From positions 13,732-77,731 of the forward strand of contig JASMLH010000002.1 of NCBI GenBank assembly GCA_030748775.1: DNA of 64,000 nucleotides. Reading direction: 5' to 3'. The notes under the pieces were generated by a model. That model worked only from the letters and a program-made list of their open reading frames with translations, was not told the origin of the DNA and did not search any database. A program made the position numbers and the translations under genes. Each line of letters starts with the position of its first letter. Position 1 is the first letter of the stretch. The DNA comes from Candidatus Thalassarchaeaceae archaeon. GTDB taxonomy: Archaea > Thermoplasmatota > Poseidoniia > Poseidoniales > Thalassarchaeaceae. Shown one piece after another: positions 36,193 to 45,204 of the stretch.

Positions 36193-36919
36193 AAAAATGC
36201 AGGAAAAATTGCACATGTCTAGGCACCCGGGAACCAATCCCCCCCCATTTGACACCAAGGTAGCTGGGTCAAAGGAAAACTACTTGCTTCTTGAACAGAG
36301 TTTCTGCTACCCCAGAGGTGGCGGCCAACCGGGGGATACGGGGAAAATCATTTCAGCTGGGTCCAATGTTTCCACTCTCCACGAGGTCCTGCCAGGTGAA
36401 ATGATACTCCATCCAGTAAATGATGTTGGAGAATTCTCAATTGGTCAGGAGGTTACGTGCGAAATAGATGTTCAGAGGAGGAACGGGCATACACAAATGC
36501 ACACGTCACAGCATATATTCTCAGCCTTAGCAGAGGATATCTGGGGGGCTGAGACTGTTGGAAACCAGATAGGGGCCGAACAATCCAGGGTAGATCTGTT
36601 GTTCGAGAACAAAGACGTATTCGACCCCGACGCCCTCGTAGATGCAGTTAACTCTGTAATAAATTCAAACATCGATGTGAACGTTCATGAATGGGATAGG
36701 AGAAAAATCATGGAACACAAGCAGATGAGGCACACCAAATTCATGCACAGAATACCAGAAACCATTACTCATCTGAGGGTGGTAGAGGTTGAGGACGTCG
36801 ACTTATGTCCCTGCGCCGGCACCCATGCATCCAACACATCGCAGATCCCTATGGTTAGGTACATAGGAAAGAAGAACAAGGGCAAGGGCAGGCTGAGAGT
36901 TTCATATGAATTTGAATGA
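36185..36919 (+). CDS. alaX: Alanyl-tRNA editing protein AlaX-type
   Basis: Zinc/editing motifs HTQMHTSQH (HxxxH) and CPCAGTH (CxxxH). 244 aa. ATG 36197 is an alternative start. Confidence 0.8.
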   Translation: MGEKMQEKLHMSRHPGTNPPPFDTKVAGSKENYLLLEQSFCYPRGGGQPGDTGKIISAGSNVSTLHEVLPGEMILHPVNDVGEFSIGQEVTCEIDVQRRNGHTQMHTSQHIFSALAEDIWGAETVGNQIGAEQSRVDLLFENKDVFDPDALVDAVNSVINSNIDVNVHEWDRRKIMEHKQMRHTKFMHRIPETITHLRVVEVEDVDLCPCAGTHASNTSQIPMVRYIGKKNKGKGRLRVSYEFE

Positions 36920-36943
36920 TTATATAATTAGAATCATTTCTAA

Positions 36944-37019
36944 TGGTGGGCTCGGCAGGAATTGAACCTGCGATCTTCGCCATGTCAAGGCGACGTCATA
37001 ACCCCTAGACCACGAGCCC
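36944..37019 (-). tRNA. tRNA-Val (anticodon GAC), CCA encoded
   Basis: The reverse complement folds by hand. Acceptor GGGCUCG/CGAGCCC. Anticodon stem UCGCC/GGCGA with loop UUGACAU. T-arm GCAGG-UUCAAUU-CCUGC. Discriminator A, then CCA. Confidence 0.9.
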
Positions 37020-37062
37020 GGCCCTCATCCCAGTAATCATTCACACAAGAATGATTCTGAGG

Positions 37063-37215
37063 CTATGATACTATTTTTGATATTCTTCCTTCACAATTTT
37101 GATTTGAACAAGAGCCTGCAGCTCTTGTACGACCATTGCTCATCTTGATCAGTTCCGGCTCATGGATCAAAACATATGTCTTACACTTCATGCAGAACCC
37201 ATGCACATCGCTCAT
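37063..37215 (-). CDS. Small zinc-ribbon protein (50 aa), DUF5679-like
   Basis: Not in the ORF track because it is under 60 aa. Hand translation: MSDVHGFCMKCKTYVLIHEPELIKMSNGRTRAAGSCSNQNCEGRISKIVS. The CxxC...(K/M)xNGR...GxCxxxxC layout matches the small Zn-ribbon family I recall as DUF5679. A TATA-like ATATATT lies about 30 nt upstream. Confidence 0.55.
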   Translation of the reverse strand: MSDVHGFCMKCKTYVLIHEPELIKMSNGRTRAAGSCSNQNCEGRISKIVS

Positions 37216-37340
37216 AGTTCTCGTAAATCATTCCTGACTTGAATATATCACAATATGTAGGGGGTATATTGGTGATTTTGACAATATATTTGAAAAACGA
37301 TGTACTGCAAGCATATTATGGTAAAAGCAATACAATCATA

Positions 37341-37364
37341 TTCTGATAATCATGGTTATCAGAA
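37341..37364. repeat. Perfect 9-bp inverted repeat with 6-nt spacer (TTCTGATAA-TCATGG-TTATCAGAA)
   Basis: Read directly from the sequence. Lies in the AT-rich noncoding stretch between the hutI stop (37493) and the small Zn-ribbon gene start (37215). Could be an operator or a terminator hairpin. Confidence 0.5.
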
Positions 37365-37492
37365 ACATATACAGCGATATATCGGCTCATTTGCCAAATC
37401 TAGTCATGACCACAGAGGAGATCCGAAAATTTCGGACAATAATTGAAAAATTAATTAATTTTAATTAAAACTATTATATTTTTGTATTAGTA

Positions 37493-38785
37493 TCAATACG
37501 TTTTATTACGATTTACAATAATGCCATCGATCATGGTCATACTAACTGGTGATGTACCCGGTGTCTGACACCAACTATCTGCTGAACTGGACCACAGTAT
37601 GTTCAGGTCTGCATTCCTTCCCTCAGCAATGACACCTCTGACATCATCTACGGGAAACATGGTTGAGGCGGGGTTCCTAGTGGATGCTGCAAGCGAAACA
37701 ATCGGATCAATACCCATTCTATGCGAAAGCAAACTACCAATGAATGGTAATGATGTAATCGGGCAGTTTGGATTGAAATCAGTTGCAATGGAAAATGGCC
37801 AATCCTCATCTATGCATTTGGAAATTGGCAGGTCAAGTTCCTTGCCCAATACGTAAGGAGTACCTGGAAGAAACGTCTGAACTGTTCCAGATTCCGCTGC
37901 TGCAATTCTCGAGTCTTCATTAGAGCAGGCAACGTGATCTCCGCTAACTGAACCTAGTTCAGCTGCTAGTTCCAGTCCTCCACTATCAACAAATTCATCC
38001 ACATGAAGCCTTGATCCAAGTCCCTCGGCTTTTGCAGCATTGACAATGTCCTCTGTTTCCTCATTTGTGAACCAACCCTCTTCGCAGAAGACATCGACCC
38101 ATTTTGCTAGACCTAGCTCATTTACAACTGGCAGTTGCTCTGAAACCAGCTCTTCCAAATAATCTCTGCGACCCTTCTCACGTGGGAAATCATGAGCTCC
38201 CAGCCAAGTGGCGATTATGTTACACGGAGCTTCCCTGTTAATCATTGAAACCGACTCTAGAATCTTCACTTCTGTCTCCAAGTCCAGGCCATAGCCACTT
38301 TTTGCTTCAATGGAGGTAGTTCCGTTTGTTAAGAAAGACTGGCATCTATTCAGTCCCGAACTAACTATCCTATTTTGGGGGGCCGATCTCGTGCTTAATA
38401 CGGTCTTCCAAATCCCCCCTCCGATATCTGCGATTTCCTTGTATGAATTTCCTGATTGACGTAGTGCTAATTCGTTTGCACGATCACCAGCCCACACCAG
38501 ATGGGTGTGTGAATCGACGAAACCAGGCACAACCGCCATATTTCCTACATCGATTACAATTACATCTGCCGAGCTCTTCTCGGATGGGTACCATGGAGCA
38601 AATTCAGCGATCAATTCAGTTGACTGTTCTATCTTCTCAACGATTCCATCATTAATCAAAATGCCCATTCCAGGCTGATGAACAACTGACTCACGGTCAT
38701 GCAAACGTTCTCCCGAGAGGGGAAACTCATCATCCCCAGTAGACATGTGAGCAACCTCTCCGCAGTTGTGGATCAGAGTTCGCAT
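37493..38785 (-). CDS. hutI: Imidazolonepropionase
   Basis: 430 aa. Amidohydrolase motif VPGFVDSHTHLVWAG, with overall length and pattern typical of HutI. Confidence 0.9.
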   Translation of the reverse strand: MRTLIHNCGEVAHMSTGDDEFPLSGERLHDRESVVHQPGMGILINDGIVEKIEQSTELIAEFAPWYPSEKSSADVIVIDVGNMAVVPGFVDSHTHLVWAGDRANELALRQSGNSYKEIADIGGGIWKTVLSTRSAPQNRIVSSGLNRCQSFLTNGTTSIEAKSGYGLDLETEVKILESVSMINREAPCNIIATWLGAHDFPREKGRRDYLEELVSEQLPVVNELGLAKWVDVFCEEGWFTNEETEDIVNAAKAEGLGSRLHVDEFVDSGGLELAAELGSVSGDHVACSNEDSRIAAAESGTVQTFLPGTPYVLGKELDLPISKCIDEDWPFSIATDFNPNCPITSLPFIGSLLSHRMGIDPIVSLAASTRNPASTMFPVDDVRGVIAEGRNADLNILWSSSADSWCQTPGTSPVSMTMIDGIIVNRNKTY

Positions 38786-38835
38786 GTCTTCCGATACTCA
38801 GGACAGTTGAAAGAACTCCCGCTCTTCGGTGCAAT

Positions 38836-39843
38836 GTGAGACGACTAATAATTGGAATAGAAAGCACCGCGCATACCCTTTCCTTTGGGGTCGTAGACTC
38901 CAATGGGACATTATTCCCATCACATTCGTCATTATTCCGCCCAGAAGAAGGGGGCATCCATCCCAGAGAAGCTGCCGATCATCATTCTGAGTCAACATCG
39001 CATCTATTGGATAAGCTGTCTAGCAGTCCCGACTTCAATTGGGATTCTGTTGAGGCAGTAGCCTTTAGCCAAGGTCCTGGGTTGGGGCCATGCCTTAGAA
39101 TCGGAGCATCTGTAGCCCGCTCTCTTTCAACTAGCCTCGGAGTACCTCTAATTGGGGTGAATCATTGTGTGGCACATATAGAAATTGGTAGGAATCAGAC
39201 TGGATGTAGTGACCCGGTCTTGCTATATGTTAGCGGCGGGAATACACAGGTTATTGCTCGTGCTGATGGCAGATATAGGGTTCTTGGTGAGACATTGGAC
39301 ATTGGAATAGGAAACATGCTAGATAAATTCGCTCGTTTGCATGGCATCCCATTCCCCGGGGGGCCCGAAATTGAAAGATTAGCCAACAAATACCTCCAGA
39401 ATTCGGAACCTGATATGGACTCAGTTCAGTTGCCATATGGAGTCCAAGGCATGGACATCGCATTCTCTGGAATCCTTACATCCGCGATTCAGAAGGTCTC
39501 TGACGGAGCTCCACTGGAACATGTCTGCTGGTCGCTTCAAGAGCACTCGTTTGCAACATGCATAGAAGTCGCCGAGCGGGCCATGGCTCACACGGGAAAA
39601 ACAGAACTCCTCCTAGGTGGCGGAGTTGCTTGCAATGCCAGACTTAGGGAGATGTCAAGAATCATGTGTTCCGAGAGGGGCGCCGATTCTTATTGGCCTG
39701 AGAAGGAATATTGCATAGATAATGGAACCATGATCGCTGAATTGGGTAGAAGGATGTACAAACAAGGCATAACCACGAGTCTCGGCGACAGTGGAATCAA
39801 CCCCTTACTTCGTACTGATAACACCGATGTAACATGGCCATAG
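38836..39843 (+). CDS. kae1: tRNA N6-adenosine threonylcarbamoyltransferase Kae1 (stand-alone, no Bud32 fusion)
   Basis: 335 aa. IIGIESTAHTLSFGVV, VNHCVAHIE, LYVSGGNTQV, and GGGVACNARLR. Confidence 0.92.
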   Translation: MRRLIIGIESTAHTLSFGVVDSNGTLFPSHSSLFRPEEGGIHPREAADHHSESTSHLLDKLSSSPDFNWDSVEAVAFSQGPGLGPCLRIGASVARSLSTSLGVPLIGVNHCVAHIEIGRNQTGCSDPVLLYVSGGNTQVIARADGRYRVLGETLDIGIGNMLDKFARLHGIPFPGGPEIERLANKYLQNSEPDMDSVQLPYGVQGMDIAFSGILTSAIQKVSDGAPLEHVCWSLQEHSFATCIEVAERAMAHTGKTELLLGGGVACNARLREMSRIMCSERGADSYWPEKEYCIDNGTMIAELGRRMYKQGITTSLGDSGINPLLRTDNTDVTWP

Positions 39844-39898
39844 AGTCACGAATACTTATGAGAGGCCGTATGGCCGGAAATACGAGGACGATTAGACA

Positions 39899-40717
39899 GT
39901 GCAGAGGAGGAGGAGGAGCAAGCCCGCGCCAAAGGACGTTTTTGGCGGTTCTCAACCCTCTCAGCCAGCAAAGGCGACAACTAGGTCCCGACCCCCTCTA
40001 CCCTCGAGACCCCTCTCCAAGATTACTGCTCCAACCGCCCCCGGCGCCAAGGCCAAGGTCGAACAAAAGCCCACCCCGGTGAAACCCGAGGTCCACGAGC
40101 CAACTCAGGATCCAGTTGAGGAAATCATTGAGACAATAGATGAATCTGAAGAGAAGGTGGAAGCAGAAACCCAAGAGGAAATTCTTGAGGAGCAGCTTCT
40201 AGGAAAACAGCCTAAGAAGACACTAGGTTTGATGAAGAAAAAGCCCGAAAAGGTGGAACCCGCAGTTACCGTAGAAAAAACCACTACCTCAACCAGTCAG
40301 AAGGCTAGGGAACTGATAGAGAGCAGCATTCTTCGTGCCTCTAAACCAGTGGTGTCTGTAACTACTGAGCCCGCAAAGAAGGCTGAAACGCCAATAGCCA
40401 AGCCAGAAGTCAAGCCAAAAACCCAGAGGAAATTCAGAAACAGAGTCTCTTCATACCAACCTGCAAACCGAGCTAGGAGACTGGACAGGAGCAGGCACAT
40501 GGAGTACAAATACGAAATGAGAGGAGTCCTGGTCGATATCGGAGTTCCCGAAGAGCATCGCTCAAATCTACTTGCTACCATTTGGGCCAGAGGAGAGAGG
40601 CAGACCACTAAGGATGCCAAGGACTTCATCGTGGAGAAGATGGATGAGGGCATTATTGACGACGAGCAGCACGACAAACTGGTCAAGATCGTCGATGGCT
40701 ACACTGTTAGACGATGA
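39899..40717 (+). CDS. Hypothetical protein: long disordered P/K/E-rich N-terminal region plus a small conserved-looking C-terminal domain
   Basis: The 272-aa ORF can only start at GTG 39899 (in-frame TAG at 39893) or much later. The C-terminal 85 aa (HMEYKYEMRGVLVDIGVPEEHRSNLLATIWARGERQ...) look globular. Stop overlaps the next gene start (ATGA). Confidence 0.45.
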   Translation: MQRRRRSKPAPKDVFGGSQPSQPAKATTRSRPPLPSRPLSKITAPTAPGAKAKVEQKPTPVKPEVHEPTQDPVEEIIETIDESEEKVEAETQEEILEEQLLGKQPKKTLGLMKKKPEKVEPAVTVEKTTTSTSQKARELIESSILRASKPVVSVTTEPAKKAETPIAKPEVKPKTQRKFRNRVSSYQPANRARRLDRSRHMEYKYEMRGVLVDIGVPEEHRSNLLATIWARGERQTTKDAKDFIVEKMDEGIIDDEQHDKLVKIVDGYTVRR

Positions 40718-42276
40718 ACATCAGAATGGTTCTTGTCCGTGTGCTTAGTGGGGAGTTCATGCCGAATCGGGGAAAAGAGGACGCACCAGCAGGCTCTCCA
40801 CCATACCGTCGTGGAATACATGCTGGAATGTACAGGGACAGGCTATGGACCATGCGGCAATATGCCGGATTCTCTACTCCAGCGAAGACCAACGAACGAT
40901 TCAGGTCACTCCTCGATGGAGGCCAAACAGGAATCTCAGTAGCGTTCGACCTACCAACCCAATTGGGACTCGACTCCGATGACCACCAATCAACTGGTGA
41001 GGTGGGGAAGGTAGGCGTCGCAATCGACTCAATCCATGACATGAGGGTCTTATTTGATGGAATAGATCTGGCGAGAGTTTCCACCTCTATGACGATAAAT
41101 GCGCCTGCAACAACTCTCCTCGCACTCTATGTGGCCGTCGCAGACGAGAGGGGCGTCCGCAGGGAAGAGATATCCGGAACAGTGCAGAATGACATACTCA
41201 AGGAATATATGGCCAGAGGCCTATACGTATACCCTCCAGAGCAGTCAGTGAGACTCACTACTGACCTGATGAACTGGTGCTCTTCACACGCACCCCGATG
41301 GAACACAATATCCGTCAGTGGATACCACCTGAGAGAAGCAGGATGCACTGCTGCACAGGAGGTGGGAATGACTTTGTCCAATGCGTTATTTTATGCCCGG
41401 AGCGCAATAGATTCTGGAATGGAATTTGACCAATTCGCCCCAAGGATGTCATTCTTCTTCGCATGCCACAACAACTTCCTCGAAGAAATTGCAAAGTTTC
41501 GTGCAGCCAGGGAGCTCTGGCATAGATTGGCTCATGATGAATTCGGTCCATCCGACGCGCGCTCATCTCAGCTGAGATTCCACACTCAGACATCAGGAGT
41601 TACTCTGACTGCACAACAGCCCCTTAACAATGCAATTCGCGTTTCATACCAGGCACTTGCGGCCGTCCTAGGAGGAACCCAATCTCTCCACACAAATAGC
41701 TACGACGAGGCCCTCGGACTCCCCACCGAGGATTCCGTAACCATAGCATTGCGAACTCAGCAGATAATCGCCGAGGAGACGGGAATCGCCTCCCACGTAG
41801 ACCCGTTGGGCGGTTCGGAGGCCGTGGAGGGACTAACCGAGAAAATCATCGCTGAGTCCCTATCGATAATCGAGAAGATTGACTCTCTTGGTGGTGCAAT
41901 GGAATGCGTAAAGTCCGGTCACCAACAAAGTATGATTCACGAGAGCGCGTGGGAGCAACTGCAGAGGGTCGAATCCGGTAGTGAGCTTGTTGTAGGTGTT
42001 AACTCGCATTCAAACGATGATGAACCTGAATTCGAGGGCATGATCATAGACCCGAAGGACGAACACAACAAGGTGGAAGAACTAGTACAGATGAAATCGA
42101 ACAGAGACGACGACCAAGTCCGCCAATCACTATCTGTACTGGAAGAAATATGCCGAGGCGATGGAAACGTAATGGACGCCCTGATTGACGCCATAAAATC
42201 TGAGGCAACTGTGGGGGAGGTCAACGGGGTTATGAGAAATGTATTCGGCACATGGATTGCTCCCAGTGGTGTTTGA
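40714..42276 (+). CDS. Methylmalonyl-CoA mutase, large (catalytic, N-terminal domain) subunit
   Basis: 520 aa. YRRGIHAGMYRDRLWTMRQYAGFSTPAKTNERFRSLLDGGQTGISVAFDLPTQ is the canonical MCM signature. No B12-binding domain is present in this ORF. Confidence 0.93.
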   Translation: MNIRMVLVRVLSGEFMPNRGKEDAPAGSPPYRRGIHAGMYRDRLWTMRQYAGFSTPAKTNERFRSLLDGGQTGISVAFDLPTQLGLDSDDHQSTGEVGKVGVAIDSIHDMRVLFDGIDLARVSTSMTINAPATTLLALYVAVADERGVRREEISGTVQNDILKEYMARGLYVYPPEQSVRLTTDLMNWCSSHAPRWNTISVSGYHLREAGCTAAQEVGMTLSNALFYARSAIDSGMEFDQFAPRMSFFFACHNNFLEEIAKFRAARELWHRLAHDEFGPSDARSSQLRFHTQTSGVTLTAQQPLNNAIRVSYQALAAVLGGTQSLHTNSYDEALGLPTEDSVTIALRTQQIIAEETGIASHVDPLGGSEAVEGLTEKIIAESLSIIEKIDSLGGAMECVKSGHQQSMIHESAWEQLQRVESGSELVVGVNSHSNDDEPEFEGMIIDPKDEHNKVEELVQMKSNRDDDQVRQSLSVLEEICRGDGNVMDALIDAIKSEATVGEVNGVMRNVFGTWIAPSGV

Positions 42277-42277
42277 G

Positions 42278-42694
42278 ATGGGTTCGGGAAGGATTAACCA
42301 TATTGGGATAGCCACCAAATCGCTAGACCGGGCCGAACCTCTCTGGGCAGCACTAGGATTCACAGGTTCCAAGGACGAGGTAGTTGCAGAGCAAGGTGTA
42401 CGGATTCGACACATGTCCGGGTCTCAGAATACGCGAATAGAACTTCTAGAGCCAATTTCTGAAGACTCTCCAATAGGCAGGTTCATCGCGAAGAGGGGCG
42501 AAGGGATCCAACAAATTGCAGTTGACGTCTTGGATATTGAGGCCAAGATAGAAGAGCTCAAGGCAATGGGCATCAGGATGATCAACGACTCTCCCTCGGT
42601 AGGAGCCGGAGGCAGTAGGATAGCTTTCCTACACCCATCATCGTGTGGCGGGGTTCTAGTGGAACTGGTAGAAATTGGCCAGCAAGAATCATGA
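42278..42694 (+). CDS. Methylmalonyl-CoA epimerase (VOC/glyoxalase fold)
   Basis: INHIGIATKSLDRA..., IELLEPISEDSPIGRFIAKRGEGIQQIA, and AFLHPSSCGGVLVELVE. ATG 42278 follows the mutase stop by 1 nt. The ORF track starts at 42239. Confidence 0.85.
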   Translation: MGSGRINHIGIATKSLDRAEPLWAALGFTGSKDEVVAEQGVRIRHMSGSQNTRIELLEPISEDSPIGRFIAKRGEGIQQIAVDVLDIEAKIEELKAMGIRMINDSPSVGAGGSRIAFLHPSSCGGVLVELVEIGQQES

Positions 42695-42719
42695 AAAGGG
42701 GACTGCAAGTCGAACTGCC

Positions 42720-43016
42720 ATGATATCCTCCCTTTCGCGTTTCGAGTCTGTCGACGAAAGCAGCATTTCCGCAATCAGGGAGGAGGTGGACTACCTCCTC
42801 GACACACTAGAGGTTCTGAGGGCAACAAACGAAATATCGAACGACGCGTTCCTCGAGTCAGGCTCCATCCAAGGTGGTCTCACTTTGATCCTGAATCTTC
42901 TAGCCCAGGGAATACCAGACGAGGCCAACTCGCAGCTAATTCGGTTGAAGCAGAGGGCCAACTCAATCCACGAATCATTCCCAGAACTAGACGGTAAGGT
43001 TGAGGGTCTGAGATAG
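42720..43016 (+). CDS. Hypothetical helical protein
   Basis: ORF 42675..43016; the first ATG is at 42720 (98 aa). No motif recognised. Confidence 0.4.
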   Translation: MISSLSRFESVDESSISAIREEVDYLLDTLEVLRATNEISNDAFLESGSIQGGLTLILNLLAQGIPDEANSQLIRLKQRANSIHESFPELDGKVEGLR

Positions 43017-43071
43017 TATTACTCCAGTATTACTCAGATAATATTAAACCACGCTGGCAATCGGCAGCCCC

Positions 43072-43242
43072 ATGCCAAAGGTCAGCTTGGACATGCCCAA
43101 CGAGATTCTTACAGATATCAAACAACATGTGGGAGATGACAAGAAGTTCGTTAGCGTTGCTGATGCTATCAGAACAGCATGCAGGAAGATGCTGGATCAA
43201 CTGGACGAGATCGATGCACGACACGGTAGGTTGGGCGATTGA
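43072..43242 (+). CDS. Ribbon-helix-helix (CopG/Arc-like) small DNA-binding protein
   Basis: Not in the ORF track (56 aa). Hand translation: MPKVSLDMPNEILTDIKQHVGDDKKFVSVADAIRTACRKMLDQLDEIDARHGRLGD. Shows the beta-strand, helix, helix pattern of RHH proteins. Its stop abuts the folE ATG. Confidence 0.6.
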   Translation: MPKVSLDMPNEILTDIKQHVGDDKKFVSVADAIRTACRKMLDQLDEIDARHGRLGD

Positions 43243-43824
43243 ATGGTTAGCAGTGAAGAGGCAACGTTTGCAGTAGAAACTCTAGTACGTTACATCGAGG
43301 GTTGCGATGGAGAATTGCGTGAGGGACTTGAGAAGACACCAGTTCGTGTAATTCAGTCTCTCGAAGAGATATTTTCGGGATATGAAAAGGATGCCGAGGA
43401 AATCCTCGAATCAACATTCAACGCTGAGGGATACAATGGCATTGTACTTCTGAGGGACATGGAGTTCCACAGCACTTGTGAGCATCACCTACAGCCATTC
43501 TCAGGCAGAGGGCACATAGCATACATTCCAGTTGACAGGATTGTAGGAATCAGTAAACTAGCAAGGTTATTGGACATGCATTCCAAGAGGATGCAGAACC
43601 AAGAGAGGATAACAAAGAATGTTGCTGACGACATAGAGAGGCACCTAAAGCCCCTTGGCTGCGCTGTTATCCTTGAGGCTCAGCATGGCTGCATGCGGTG
43701 CAGAGGCGTGAAGAAGCAGAATGCCGTAATGACGACCAGTGCGATGCGAGGAGTCTTCTTTGACAGGCCCGAGGCACGTACGGAGCTACTACAGCTGATC
43801 AGAACAGCTCCTATGCAGGGGTGA
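43243..43824 (+). CDS. folE: GTP cyclohydrolase I (FolE type)
   Basis: 193 aa. HSTCEHHLQPF, NQERITKNVADDI, and EAQHGCMRCRGV. Confidence 0.92.
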   Translation: MVSSEEATFAVETLVRYIEGCDGELREGLEKTPVRVIQSLEEIFSGYEKDAEEILESTFNAEGYNGIVLLRDMEFHSTCEHHLQPFSGRGHIAYIPVDRIVGISKLARLLDMHSKRMQNQERITKNVADDIERHLKPLGCAVILEAQHGCMRCRGVKKQNAVMTTSAMRGVFFDRPEARTELLQLIRTAPMQG

Positions 43825-43828
43825 TGTA

Positions 43829-44425
43829 ATGCAGACATACCCTATTGTGGAGATATTCCATTCGGTTCAGGGAGAGGGGTTCCACACAGGAGTCCCTCAT
43901 GTCTTCGTAAGATTCGGAAACTGCAATCTTCGTTGCGAGTGGTGCGATACGGACTACATGACCTTCGAAGAAATGGAACTTGATGAAATCGTTGAAATCG
44001 TCATTTCATTCGGTTGTGAAAGGGTAATTTTCACCGGTGGTGAGCCTGCTATGCAAGACCTCGAGACCATCGGGAACAGACTGAAGGAGCATGGCATCCA
44101 TCTCTCAATTGAGTCAAATGGTACAATCCCCATAGATCCAGTAATAGACTGGATTTGCATCAGTCCTAAGGAACAATTGTACCCAAATGTGTCGATAAAA
44201 CAGCGTATTGGTGACGAGTTGAAGGTGGTATACTGCGGTCAGGACATGTCCATATACGATGAGTATAAGGATGGCTTCCAGCATCATTTCATTCAGCCAT
44301 GCTATATCGAGGAAGACTCCGTAGAGCAGAATGGAGTCAACTTCAGAGTGGTAGAGGACCTGGTAAAAAATAGCCATGGCTGGAGACTGAGCCTTCAGAC
44401 TCACAAGTGGATGGGGGTGCTTTGA
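43829..44425 (+). CDS. queE: 7-carboxy-7-deazaguanine synthase (radical SAM)
   Basis: 198 aa. FHSVQGEG, the cluster motif CNLRCEWCDT, and TGGEP. Confidence 0.88.
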   Translation: MQTYPIVEIFHSVQGEGFHTGVPHVFVRFGNCNLRCEWCDTDYMTFEEMELDEIVEIVISFGCERVIFTGGEPAMQDLETIGNRLKEHGIHLSIESNGTIPIDPVIDWICISPKEQLYPNVSIKQRIGDELKVVYCGQDMSIYDEYKDGFQHHFIQPCYIEEDSVEQNGVNFRVVEDLVKNSHGWRLSLQTHKWMGVL

Positions 44426-45204
44426 TGAGGGCACTAATGGCTCTCTCCGGCGGAATGGACAGCACCGCCCTGCTAATGAGGATGCTAGCCGATGGGTACG
44501 AGGTCACCTGCCTTACGTATGACTATGGTCAGAAGCACTCGGTTGAGATTCATAGAGCCAAGGCCAACATCGACTACCTACTTGCTAATGGCTTTAATGT
44601 GAGTCACATTATCATAGATCTGAACTCTGCAATGGGTTCTCTTAACTCTGCACTGACCATCGATGGGCTCGATGTTCCGGAGGGTCACTATGAGTCAGAG
44701 CAAATGAAGCAGACCGTTGTTCCAAACAGGAATGCAATATTCTCTTCTATCATGTACGGTCACGCACTTAGCATTTCAGACTCGGAGCAATCCGACGTCC
44801 TGATCGCACTAGGAGTTCATAGCGGGGATCATGAAATATATCCCGATTGCCGTCCAGAGTTCTACGAATCCCTAGAGAGCTCCTTCTCCTTAGGAAACTG
44901 GGGAAGCGAGCGAGTGTCGTTCCATCTACCGTACATTAGTGGGGACAAGACCACGATCCTAGAAGACGCACAAGATTCGATATCGCACTTGGGTCTGGAC
45001 TTCGACACCGTGTTCAGGAACACAAACACATCTTACAATCCAGACTCCAGCGGAAGGAGCTCTGGTAGGTCAGGAGCCGATGTCGAGAGGATTCTAGCAT
45101 TCCACTCAATAGGTAGGAAGGATCCTGTTCAGTACGTAGGGGGATGGGAATCAGCACTTGCCAGTGCCCAGTTGGCACAGCGGGAACACGAGGAATCAAC
45201 ATGA
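44425..45204 (+). CDS. queC: 7-cyano-7-deazaguanine (preQ0) synthase
   Basis: PP-loop ALSGGMDST, YDYGQKH, and VPNRNAIF. ATG 44425 overlaps the queE stop (TGATG). The ORF track starts at 44407. Confidence 0.88.
   Translation: MRALMALSGGMDSTALLMRMLADGYEVTCLTYDYGQKHSVEIHRAKANIDYLLANGFNVSHIIIDLNSAMGSLNSALTIDGLDVPEGHYESEQMKQTVVPNRNAIFSSIMYGHALSISDSEQSDVLIALGVHSGDHEIYPDCRPEFYESLESSFSLGNWGSERVSFHLPYISGDKTTILEDAQDSISHLGLDFDTVFRNTNTSYNPDSSGRSSGRSGADVERILAFHSIGRKDPVQYVGGWESALASAQLAQREHEEST

Noticed and set aside
39834-40082. 82-aa ORF starting at the ATG right after kae1.
   Set aside because: Its translation is R/P/G-rich low complexity. It overlaps, in another frame, the 272-aa ORF that continues into a globular-looking domain and is translationally coupled to the next gene. 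A frameshift joining the two cannot be excluded, but nothing supports one.
40714-42694. Considered whether the missing B12-binding small subunit next to methylmalonyl-CoA mutase marks a pseudogenised pathway.
   Set aside because: Archaeal MCM is commonly split, with the small subunit encoded elsewhere. The large subunit and epimerase frames are intact, so this is not evidence of decay.
43030-43224. 64-aa minus-strand track ORF.
   Set aside because: The opposite strand encodes a 56-aa protein with a clear ribbon-helix-helix pattern whose stop abuts the folE ATG. The minus-strand product (Cys-rich, no motif) is less plausible.
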